From assembly GCA_038214375.1 (NCBI GenBank), contig JBBQRX010000001.1, forward strand, positions 77,131-141,130: a stretch of 64,000 bases of DNA, in the 5' to 3' direction. This document shows, one piece after another, positions 7,904 through 15,344 of the stretch (position 1 is the first letter of the stretch; each line of letters starts with the position of its first letter). Source of the stretch: Candidatus Limnocylindrales bacterium (GTDB lineage: Bacteria > Chloroflexota > Limnocylindria > Limnocylindrales > CSP1-4). The translations under genes were made by a program, and so were the position numbers. The notes under the pieces are model-generated. The model was not told the DNA's origin, ran no database searches, and saw only the letters and a program-made list of their open reading frames with translations.

Positions 7904-8614
7904 ATGATCGGATCGCTCGCCGACGGGGTCCAGCAGCTGCTCGCGGGATTGGGTGGCGCCGACCTCGTCGAGATCACCCTCCTTTCGCTGGGCGTCTCGG
8001 GCCTCGCGACCGCGATCAGCCTCCTGATCGGGCTGCCGCTAGGGACATGGCTCGCCCTGTCGCGGTTTCGGAGCCGCGGGCTCGTGCTCAGCGTCGTCAA
8101 CACGGGCATGGCCCTGCCGCCGGTCGTGGTGGGCCTCTTCGTCGCGTTCCTGCTCTGGCGCAGCGGTCCGCTGGGTGACCTCGGCCTGATCTACTCGCCG
8201 TCGGCGATGGTGATCGCCGAGGTGGTGATCGCGACACCGGTCATCCTGGGTCTCACGGTCGCGGCGCTCGGACAGCTGGACCCGCGGCTCCGGCTCCAGC
8301 TCATGGGCCTGGGAGCGTCGCGCTGGCAGACCGTCTGGTGGCTCTGGCGAGAGGCACGGTTGCCGCTGCTCGCCGCCCTGATGGCGGGCTTCGGGAGCGT
8401 CATATCCGAGGTCGGCGCGGCGATGATGGTCGGCGGCAACATCCTGCACCAGACGCGAGTGCTCACCACCGCGATCGTCGTCGAGGTGGGCCGCGGCGAA
8501 TTCGAGAAGGCGGTCGGGCTCGGGATCGTCCTGCTGGCCCTCGCGTTCGCCGTGAACGGCATCCTCACGTGGGCGCAGCAGCGCGGTCCCGGGCGACAGG
8601 ACGCGAGCCGGTGA
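7904..8614 (+). CDS. tupB: tungstate ABC transporter permease TupB
   Basis: Multi-pass membrane protein with an ABC permease EAA-like region (LMGLGASRWQTVWWLWREARLP), located between tupA and the ATPase. Confidence 0.85.
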   Translation: MIGSLADGVQQLLAGLGGADLVEITLLSLGVSGLATAISLLIGLPLGTWLALSRFRSRGLVLSVVNTGMALPPVVVGLFVAFLLWRSGPLGDLGLIYSPSAMVIAEVVIATPVILGLTVAALGQLDPRLRLQLMGLGASRWQTVWWLWREARLPLLAALMAGFGSVISEVGAAMMVGGNILHQTRVLTTAIVVEVGRGEFEKAVGLGIVLLALAFAVNGILTWAQQRGPGRQDASR

Positions 8615-9753
8615 CCGCCCGCGAGCCGGCCGTCGCGCGCGGGCCGGTCACTGCCGCAACCCTCGTCGAGCTCCGCGACGCGGTCGTGGTTCGCGGCGCA
8701 CGCCCGGTCCTGACGATCGACCACCTGGCCATCGCGGATGGCGCGACCCTCGCGCTCGTCGGGCCGAACGGGGCTGGGAAGAGCACGCTCCTGCTCGCAC
8801 TCGCGAGCCTGATCCGCCTGGGGCGCGGCGCGATCTCGTTCCGGGGGATGCCGATCGGGCGTGGCACCGAGCTCGCATACCGTCGGCACATCGGCCTCGT
8901 GCTGCCCGATCCGCTCCTGCTCGACACCACCGTCTTCGCGAACGTCGCGGCGGGGTTGCGCTTCCGCGGCGTCACGTCGGCCAGCGCTCGGCCGCGCGTG
9001 ACCGAATGGCTGGAGCGGCTCGGGGTGGCGCACCTGCACGACCGCCCGGCGCGCCAGATCTCCAGCGGCGAGGCCCAGCGGGTGAGCCTTGCGCGGGCGC
9101 TCGTGCTCGAGCCGGAGCTGCTCCTCCTCGACGAGCCATTCGCGTCGGTCGACGCGGCCACCCGTGCGCGCCTCCTCGACGATCTCGAGGGCGTCCTGCG
9201 CGAGACGCATGTCGCGTGCGTGATCGTGACCCACGACCTCGACGAAGCCGTCCGGCTGGGCGACCGGATGGCGGTCATGGTCGCGGGGAGGATTCGCCAG
9301 GTCGACACGCCCGAGCGGGTCCTTGCCTCCCCCTTCGACGAGGACGTGGCGGCCTTCGTGGGCGCCGAGACGCGCCTGGCGGGCCGGGTCGTGTCGAGCG
9401 AGGAGGGCGTCGCCGTCGTCGACGTCGGCGGAAGCCAGGTCGAGGCCGTCTCCGCGCTCCCGCCGGGCCGCGCGGTGCTGTGCTGCCTGCGCCCGGAGGA
9501 CGTGACGCTCTGGTCGGTGGACCCGGGGGCCGTCCCGACGAAGGTGGTGTCGAGCGCCCGGAACCAGCTGACCGGGCGCGTCTCCCGGATGGTGGGTCAG
9601 GGCTCGCTGGTACGGGTGAGCATCGACTGCGGGGCGCCGCTCGTCGCCTCGATCACGCGCGCCTCGGCTGCGGACATGGGGCTCGCGGAGGGCGCCACCG
9701 TCCTCGCGACCTTCAAGGCCTCGGCCGTTCACCTGATCCCGCTGGCTGGCTGA
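8611..9753 (+). CDS. tupC: ABC transporter ATP-binding protein TupC with C-terminal TOBE domain
   Basis: Walker A GPNGAGKST, signature SSGEAQR, Walker B LLLLDEP. The C-terminal ...LTGRVSRMVGQGSLVRVSIDCG... is TOBE-like. GTG 8611 overlaps the tupB stop (GTGA). Confidence 0.85.
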   Translation: MTAREPAVARGPVTAATLVELRDAVVVRGARPVLTIDHLAIADGATLALVGPNGAGKSTLLLALASLIRLGRGAISFRGMPIGRGTELAYRRHIGLVLPDPLLLDTTVFANVAAGLRFRGVTSASARPRVTEWLERLGVAHLHDRPARQISSGEAQRVSLARALVLEPELLLLDEPFASVDAATRARLLDDLEGVLRETHVACVIVTHDLDEAVRLGDRMAVMVAGRIRQVDTPERVLASPFDEDVAAFVGAETRLAGRVVSSEEGVAVVDVGGSQVEAVSALPPGRAVLCCLRPEDVTLWSVDPGAVPTKVVSSARNQLTGRVSRMVGQGSLVRVSIDCGAPLVASITRASAADMGLAEGATVLATFKASAVHLIPLAG

Positions 9754-9803
9754 ACGCGGTTCGGGATCTCTGGCGCGCGTGGGGCCGTCCCCAGGTGGCC
9801 ACT

Positions 9804-10024
9804 CGTCGAATTCGTGCACCTGCCTCACGAATCCGACCGAGCCATGCGTCCAGTGCACGATCCGACCGTCCGAGGTCCGGTCGAGGCCGTCTGCCGGGCG
9901 TATGCTGGCTTCCGGGAGCCGGTCGGGGCGCGAAATCGGCGATTCAGTACGCCACGTGCACAGATCCGACGAGTTCGCCTGTCTCGCGACCCGTCGACCT
10001 GCTGGATCGTGCATCTGCCGCAAG
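9804..10024 (+). repeat. 221-bp mosaic repeat element, copy A (five GTGCAC-GAWYCCGAC motifs)
   Basis: Collinear with the reverse complement of 36518-36738. Motif copies at 9804-9819 (inverted), 9825-9839, 9853-9868, 9956-9971 (direct) and 10004-10015 (inverted). Confidence 0.8.
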
Positions 10025-10141
10025 ACGGGTCGTCGGCCGCCGTCGCTGTGCCGCCGCCCGCGCCCGCGGCCCGGAGCACACAGCCGCGGCCCGGAGCACG
10101 CGGCCCGCGCCCGCGCGGCCCGACTTCGCGGATCCCCGCGC

Positions 10142-10366
10142 TCAGCCTCCGCCGATCACCGGGAAGATCGCCAGGGTGTCGCCGGCGGCGGGGCAGAAGT
10201 CGAGCTCCACGTGGCGGGCGTTCACCAGCACCACCCCGAGCTCGGCGACCGGGATCTTCAGGTCGCGAACGATCGCCGCGACGGTCGTGGACGGCGGGTA
10301 GTCCCGCATCTCGACTGCGAAGCGACCCCTCTGGAACGACGCGAACAGCTTGATCGTCACGCTCAC
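10142..10366 (-). CDS. ThiS/MoaD-family ubiquitin-like sulfur-carrier protein (C-terminal GG)
   Basis: VSVTIKLFASFQRG...AGDTLAIFPVIGGG-stop, 74 aa. GTG at 10366 (or 10360) lies 14 nt after the upstream gene's stop. The track ORF start at 10735 is an artefact. Confidence 0.75.
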   Translation of the reverse strand: MSVTIKLFASFQRGRFAVEMRDYPPSTTVAAIVRDLKIPVAELGVVLVNARHVELDFCPAAGDTLAIFPVIGGG

Positions 10367-10380
10367 CGCCTGGCTCGGAG

Positions 10381-11049
10381 TCAGGGTGCAGTCACCCGGA
10401 GCGACACCCATCTTGCCCCGGGGTCGTCGGTCGCGTCGCCGGACGCGTCGCCGGCGTCGCTGCACCAGGCGCGCAGTGTCGCGGTCGCCTCGACACGATC
10501 GACCATCACGCCGCGCCGCAGCAGTGCCGGGCCGATCTCCCGGAGGACGGTGTTGAAGAGCTTGAGCCGGACCGTGCCGGGAGGCGCGTCGCCCTCGCGT
10601 CCCTCGGACACCGCGCCGCCCTCGAGCTTCCAGCTGATTTCCGATCGCATCGCTGCGTAGAAGCCGCTCCTGCGCAGCGTCGCTCCCACCAGCCCTGGCA
10701 TGGCCGCGGAAAGCGTGAGCGTGGACCCCGGCCAAACGGTCGCGGCCGCGAGGTCGTCGACCACGGAGCCGTCAAGGAACACCGTGGCGATCCGGTCGCG
10801 GACATAGTCCGGGTCGATCCCGAGCTGCCCGGTGAGGAAGTCGCCGACCGAGCAGCGCGCCGCGATCGGACAGAAGACGCCGCGCTGGAGCAACCCGCTG
10901 AAGTCGCCCCAGCGCACCGGATCGTCCAAGCGCACCGAATCGGGGGTGATCGCCACGGAGCCATGTTGGCGCCGGGCCGCGGCGGACGTCACGTGCCAGA
11001 TGGACCACTGGTACTCCTGGGTGGTCACCGTGTTCAGGATGGCGCGCAT
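10381..11049 (-). CDS. hypothetical protein (222 aa) translationally linked to the ThiS/MoaD-like gene
   Basis: ATG 11049 (MRAILNTVTTQEYQW...). High GC3. The internal stretch TVFLDGSVVDDLAAATVWPGSTLTLSAAMPG resembles a beta-grasp (ThiS-like) C-terminal segment without GG. I recognise no other family. Confidence 0.6.
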   Translation of the reverse strand: MRAILNTVTTQEYQWSIWHVTSAAARRQHGSVAITPDSVRLDDPVRWGDFSGLLQRGVFCPIAARCSVGDFLTGQLGIDPDYVRDRIATVFLDGSVVDDLAAATVWPGSTLTLSAAMPGLVGATLRRSGFYAAMRSEISWKLEGGAVSEGREGDAPPGTVRLKLFNTVLREIGPALLRRGVMVDRVEATATLRAWCSDAGDASGDATDDPGARWVSLRVTAP

Positions 11050-11059
11050 ACTCGGACCC

Positions 11060-11275
11060 ATGCGCCGCCGTGACATCGGCGACCCGGCGGCGGAGGCGAT
11101 CATCCGGGCGATCGTCGCCATGGCCCACAGCCTGGGGTTGCAGACCGTGGGCGAGGGGATCGAGCGCCAGGACCAGGCCGAATCTCTCCGCGCCGAGGGC
11201 TGCGACGTCGGCCAGGGGTACCTGTACGGACGCCCGATGCCCCCGGACGCGGTGCTGGAAGCGTGGCACCGGTGA
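11060..11275 (+). pseudogene. EAL-domain (c-di-GMP phosphodiesterase) gene remnant, C-terminal ~70 codons only
   Basis: ...DIGDPAAEAIIRAIVAMAHSLGLQTVGEGIERQDQAESLRAEGCDVGQGYLYGRPMP matches the last conserved blocks of EAL domains (AEGVE, QGY..GRP). Upstream sequence in this frame shows no EAL homology and is occupied by an opposite-strand gene. Confidence 0.65.
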
Positions 11276-11285
11276 GGAGGAACCG

Positions 11286-12260
11286 ATGACGGATCGTTCG
11301 TTCGCTCGCGCCGAGGCGCCGGGCGCGATGGCGGCCGATCCCGCCGGCGAGTTCGAGCACGCCGCGCTCGATCAACTATACGAGGGCGTCTACTACGTCG
11401 ACCGGGCTCGCCGGATCCGGTACTGGAACGCTGGCGCGGAAGGGCTGACCGGGTATTCGGCCCCCGCCGTCGTGGGTCAGTTCTGCTATGAGAACATCCT
11501 CAACCACGTCGATGCCACCGGCAAGGAGCTGTGCCGGTCCGGATGCCCGCTATCGGCGACCATGCTCGACGGGGTGCCGCGCGAGGCCGACGTCTTCCTG
11601 CGCCACCGCGAGGGCCACCGGGTGGCTGTCAAGGTCCGCACCTCGCCCGTGAGCGACCGCGAGGGAAGGATCATCGGCGCCGTCGAGATCTTCAACGAGA
11701 GCACCGAGCTCTCCGCCGTCCGGCGCGAGGTGTCGGAGCTGCGCGACCTGGCCATGCACGATGCTCTGACCGGGCTGCCGAACCGGCGCCACTTCGAGAT
11801 GTCGATGGCCTCGCGGGTGGCCGAGCTGGCCGGTTATGGACGCCGGTTCGGGCTGCTCATCGCGGACATCGACCGGTTCAAGCTGGTCAATGACGTGCAC
11901 GGGCACGCGACGGGTGACGTCGTGCTGCGCACGGTGGCGCGGACCCTGCTCGAGTCAACCCGGGTGGCCGACGGCATCGCCCGCTTCGGGGGTGAGGAGT
12001 TCGTGCTCACGATCACGGACGTCGAGGAGGTCCGGCTTCGGGCGATCGCGGAACGGTTCCGAGCCCTCGTCGAGCGATCGCGCGTGACCACGGGCCGGCA
12101 GGACCTGCACGTGACGATCTCGGTTGGGGGTGCGATCGCAGAGGTCGGCGACACCGCCGACGCGCTCTTCGAGCGCGCGGACGCCGCGCTCTACCGCGCG
12201 AAGCAGACGGGCCGGAACCGGGTCGTCCTGGACGGAGACCAGGAGCCCCGAGGGTCCTAG
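11286..12260 (+). CDS. PAS-domain diguanylate cyclase (GGDEF)
   Basis: PAS-like N-terminus (YVDRARRIRYWNAGAEGLTGY). GGDEF domain with DALTGLPNRR, RFGGEEF active site, ALYRAKQTGRNR. ATG 11286 is preceded by tgaggagga. Confidence 0.9.
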   Translation: MTDRSFARAEAPGAMAADPAGEFEHAALDQLYEGVYYVDRARRIRYWNAGAEGLTGYSAPAVVGQFCYENILNHVDATGKELCRSGCPLSATMLDGVPREADVFLRHREGHRVAVKVRTSPVSDREGRIIGAVEIFNESTELSAVRREVSELRDLAMHDALTGLPNRRHFEMSMASRVAELAGYGRRFGLLIADIDRFKLVNDVHGHATGDVVLRTVARTLLESTRVADGIARFGGEEFVLTITDVEEVRLRAIAERFRALVERSRVTTGRQDLHVTISVGGAIAEVGDTADALFERADAALYRAKQTGRNRVVLDGDQEPRGS

Positions 12261-12297
12261 CCCGTCGTCGCGCCGCGCTCGCAGGCGGGCTCGCAGG

Positions 12298-12501
12298 TCA
12301 GGGCGTGACGGCCCCCTGTATCCACGCCGCCCCGAGGGCGACCGGGAGCACGACCAGGATCAGGAGCATGGCGACCGCGACGAGGATGGAGCTGCGCACC
12401 GCCGCCCACGCGATCAGCCTGAGCTCCGGACCGACCGGCCGATGACCGAGCGGCCGGAGCGAGGGGCGCTCGCCCGGAACGGCCAGGCTCGCGGTTGTCA
12501 T
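12298..12501 (-). CDS. small hydrophobic protein (67 aa)
   Basis: High GC3 and one clear TM segment (ILVAVAMLLILVVLPVALGAAW). Its ATG overlaps the upstream ORF stop (ATGA). Confidence 0.45.
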   Translation of the reverse strand: MTTASLAVPGERPSLRPLGHRPVGPELRLIAWAAVRSSILVAVAMLLILVVLPVALGAAWIQGAVTP

Positions 12502-12671
12502 GACAGGCCCGGCGTCGTGCCGAAGGTCGGAACCACGACAAGAAGGACGCCGAGGATCCCCACGAGCAGGCCGACCGCTTCGACCTGCTCACGTCGCTCG
12601 ACCCGCTGTGCGGTTGGTTCGGCGCGCCCGGTCCGATAGATGCCGGCCCCGGATGCTTCGGTGATGGTCAT
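12498..12671 (-). CDS. small membrane protein (57 aa)
   Basis: MTITEASGAGIYRTG...VGLLVGILGVLLVVVPTF. The internal ATG at 12671 was chosen because the track start overlaps the csbD-like gene. Confidence 0.4.
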   Translation of the reverse strand: MTITEASGAGIYRTGRAEPTAQRVERREQVEAVGLLVGILGVLLVVVPTFGTTPGLS

Positions 12672-12717
12672 GTCAGAATCCCCAGGGAACGTCCCGCCCC
12701 TGCATTCGCTGACGGGG

Positions 12718-12900
12718 TCAAGGAGCCTTCGGCCGCCGCACCGTGTCCTGGATGTCTCCAAGGCCGTTCTGGGCGGCTCCCTGCACCTTCTTTGCCTTGC
12801 CGCGGGCCTCTTGCGTGCGGTTGTGGGTCAGCTTCCCGAGGCCCTCTTCGATGGTGCCCTTGGCCTTGCTGATAGCGCCCTTGGTGTGCTCGTTTGTCAT
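12718..12900 (-). CDS. CsbD-family general stress protein
   Basis: MTNEHTKGAISKAKGTIEEGLGKLTHNRTQEARGKAKKVQGAAQNGLGD is a CsbD-like repeat pattern. ATG 12900 is preceded by caggagaaag. Confidence 0.75.
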   Translation of the reverse strand: MTNEHTKGAISKAKGTIEEGLGKLTHNRTQEARGKAKKVQGAAQNGLGDIQDTVRRPKAP

Positions 12901-12996
12901 GTCGATCTTTCTCCTGTTCATGCTGGGAGTGTGTGGCGGGGCCACCGCGATGTCATGACGGTCGGTCATGACGGGTGGTCATCCGCCGCGCCGCGC

Positions 12997-13188
12997 TCAC
13001 CGGCGTCGACGGCGAGCGGGTCCGAGGGTCAGCCAATCCACGATCACCCCGACGATCCAGACCACCAACCGGAGGATCCAGTACACGATTGCCAGTGGCC
13101 ACGCAATCAGGAGGAGGAGGATCGTGATCAGGCAGCCGTGGTCGCCGCCTCGGCGAACCACGACGATCTGGGGACGCTCCCTACCCAC
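12997..13188 (-). CDS. small membrane protein (63 aa)
   Basis: GCLITILLLLIAWPLAIVYWILRLVVWIVGVIV gives two hydrophobic helices. Reasonable GC3. Confidence 0.4.
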   Translation of the reverse strand: MGRERPQIVVVRRGGDHGCLITILLLLIAWPLAIVYWILRLVVWIVGVIVDWLTLGPARRRRR

Positions 13189-13651
13189 GCTTCACGCCAT
13201 TTCTGGGTCGTCTCAGAGCCGACACGGGCCGCCAGCGTTCGCCGCGTTTCGGCCGCACGACGGTCACCGGGACCAGGACTTCCGGGTCGACCCGCTCGAC
13301 CGACCGCGCGACGATTGCCGCGCCCATCGCAATGGCAGGCGCAATGGTCGCCGCAATGACCAGGCGCGGCTTGCCGGTCAGGAAGAGCCCGGCACCCAGC
13401 CCGACTGAGCCCGCCGCGAGCCATTGAAGGGTCGGGTCGGGGAGACCCTGGAGCGAACGCGCCGCCTGGCGCCCGCCGGTTCTCGTCGCGTCGAGAGTGC
13501 CCGGTACCCGCCCGATGAACGTCGTGGCGGTCGCCCACGCCGACGAGACCGCTCCGGACAGTCGCCCGGCGACGCCGGCACGGCGCTGCCCGGGGTCCGG
13601 GCTCGGCGTCCGGCCAGCGCGAGAGCGCCGCCCGGACCTGGTGACCTTCAT
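13181..13651 (-). CDS. hypothetical membrane protein
   Basis: Same strand as its neighbours. Hydrophobic core LAAGSVGLGAGLFLTGKPRLVIAATIAPAIAMGAAIV. No recognisable family. Confidence 0.4.
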   Translation of the reverse strand: MKVTRSGRRSRAGRTPSPDPGQRRAGVAGRLSGAVSSAWATATTFIGRVPGTLDATRTGGRQAARSLQGLPDPTLQWLAAGSVGLGAGLFLTGKPRLVIAATIAPAIAMGAAIVARSVERVDPEVLVPVTVVRPKRGERWRPVSALRRPRNGVKRG

Positions 13652-13675
13652 TCGCGTGCCTGCTTCCAGCCGGCG

Positions 13676-13942
13676 TCAGCGGCGAAGCACACCACGCGAA
13701 CCGGTCGCGAGGTGCACCACGAAGATGACCAGGATCGCGCCCAGGGTGGCGATCACGATGCTCTCGATGTTGATGCCGGTCACGTCCCCCTTGTGCAGGA
13801 CGGACTGGGCCACGAAGCCGCCGACCAGAGCGCCGACGATGCCGAGCACGATCATCATCAGCAGGCCTTCACGCGCGCGCATGACCTGGCTGGCGATGAA
13901 GCCGGCGATGGCGCCGACCACGATCCAGGCGATGAGGCTCAT
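13676..13942 (-). CDS. GlsB/YeaQ/YmgE-family (transglycosylase-associated) stress membrane protein
   Basis: MSLIAWIVVGAIAGFIASQVM...LGIVGALVGGFV is a typical YmgE-family sequence. ATG at 13942. Confidence 0.8.
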   Translation of the reverse strand: MSLIAWIVVGAIAGFIASQVMRAREGLLMMIVLGIVGALVGGFVAQSVLHKGDVTGINIESIVIATLGAILVIFVVHLATGSRGVLRR

Positions 13943-14052
13943 TCCGTATCTTCCTTCCGGGTGCGTGGCCATCCCTCGGCCGACGCGATCAGCGGACAGT
14001 GCCCAGCCCGAGTGGGGACCGCCGTGCGGTCAGGTGCGCCCGCTGGCGCCGG

Positions 14053-14547
14053 TCAGGCCGGCTCGCGCCGGAAGATGCCGACGGCCCAGAGCACGATGAG
14101 CTCGAGGATCGTCCAGCCGACGAACGCCACGACGGCAGCGACGTCCAGGGTTGCACCGCCCGCGGTGAGGGCGTTCGACTTGAGGATCCCCTCGAACGGG
14201 GCGACGAAGATCTTGCTCACGTCCAGGATCCCGGAGACGAGCGCATTGCCGGTCCTGGCATCGAGGAGGAGCAGGACGATCCGCAGCCCGATGACGATCT
14301 GGATGAGCCCGAAGACCAGCACGATGATCCGGCGTGCCATCTCGGAGCCGCCGGGGCCGCTCCGCGTGATCTGCCGGCCTTCCGTCCGGACCGTCTGCTG
14401 CGACAGCGGTGGCGCGACCGGCTGCGCCGCAATCGGGACGGGCGGCGGTTCCGCGACCGGCTGCGCCGCCATCGCGACGGGCGGCGGTTCCGCGACCGAC
14501 GTGCGTTCCTGGGTGACGACTGTTTCGTCTACTCGATCGATGGACAT
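14053..14547 (-). CDS. YggT-family membrane protein with Pro/Ala-rich N-terminal repeat
   Basis: C-terminal ARRIIVLVFGLIQIVIGLRIVLLLLDAR...FVAPFEGIL...LDVAAVVAFVGWTILELIV is YggT-like. ATG 14547 is preceded by gaggag. VAEPPPV(A/P)(M/I)AAQP is repeated. Confidence 0.65.
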   Translation of the reverse strand: MSIDRVDETVVTQERTSVAEPPPVAMAAQPVAEPPPVPIAAQPVAPPLSQQTVRTEGRQITRSGPGGSEMARRIIVLVFGLIQIVIGLRIVLLLLDARTGNALVSGILDVSKIFVAPFEGILKSNALTAGGATLDVAAVVAFVGWTILELIVLWAVGIFRREPA

Positions 14548-14981
14548 CGGGTGCTCCTCGTTGTTCGTGAGATGGGCGTTTGCCGCGGCCGGTCGCTCGG
14601 GCCTGTCACGGCTGGTCATCCTGCGTACCGATGGCAGGCAGGATGTGCTCTGGTTCCAGGGGTCGACGGCTACGCTCACTTCGTGGGCGTGATGCGAGTC
14701 TGTCGGGCGAAGCTCCGCGCGTCATTACGGCGCGTCATTCGGTTGAGTGCTCAGCGGCGAGCGCGAGGCGCGCTGGTCCGCAGGCGCGCGCGGGGGCCGG
14801 AGCGCTTCGGAATCCGTCGGTACCCGACCGCACTCGACCTACCCGTACGACCCTCCTATGCCGAAGGTACGGCTTGGTTCGAGGTGCTCGGACTCCTACG
14901 CTCCACCACAGAGCGGGTCGCACTCCACCTGTGGCCACCGGACACGTCCGGCGCGACCGCAACCGATCAGACGAGGAACCA

Positions 14982-15173
14982 ATGGCGATCAGCGAGCTTG
15001 GACCGCTCCTCACCGCAAGTGAAGTCGCGGAGATGCTCCACCTCCACGTGAACACCGTGAAGCGCCTCGGTGATCGAGGCGAGCTCCCGTTCTTCCGTGT
15101 CTGCCGGCGTGGCGACCGCCGCTTCCGGCTGACGGACGTGATGAGCTTCCTGGCGAACAGCCGCCAGCAGTAG
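14982..15173 (+). CDS. excisionase-family helix-turn-helix DNA-binding protein (63 aa)
   Basis: LLTASEVAEMLHLHVNTVKRLGDRGELPFFRV..RGDRRFRLTDVMSFL matches the excisionase/MerR-like HTH_17 pattern. ATG 14982 follows gagga. Confidence 0.7.
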   Translation: MAISELGPLLTASEVAEMLHLHVNTVKRLGDRGELPFFRVCRRGDRRFRLTDVMSFLANSRQQ

Positions 15174-15236
15174 CCGGCGGAGCCTCGCCGGCCCAGCCGG
15201 CGGTTGCCCCGGGCGCGGGGACCGAGCCTGCGGGGC

Positions 15237-15344
15237 GGGGCCGGTTCGCGGTTCCCGGTGTCTCGCCCGGGCGGATCGGGGCCGGTTCGCGGTTCCCGGT
15301 GTCTCGCCCGGGCGGATCGGGGCCGCGGAGCCTCGTCCGGGCGG
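15237..15344. repeat. 41-bp tandem repeat, 2 full copies plus a partial third
   Basis: ggggccggttcgcggttcccggtgtctcgcccgggcggatc at 15237-15277 and 15278-15318, followed by a diverged ggggccgcggagcctcgtccgggcgg. Confidence 0.85.

Noticed and set aside
15237-15344. CRISPR array interpretation of the tandem repeats (41 bp x2.5 here, 24 bp x3 at 37670, 18 bp x4 at 40473, 9 bp x5 at 5706).
   Set aside because: The repeat units are directly contiguous with no unique spacers, and no cas genes are present.
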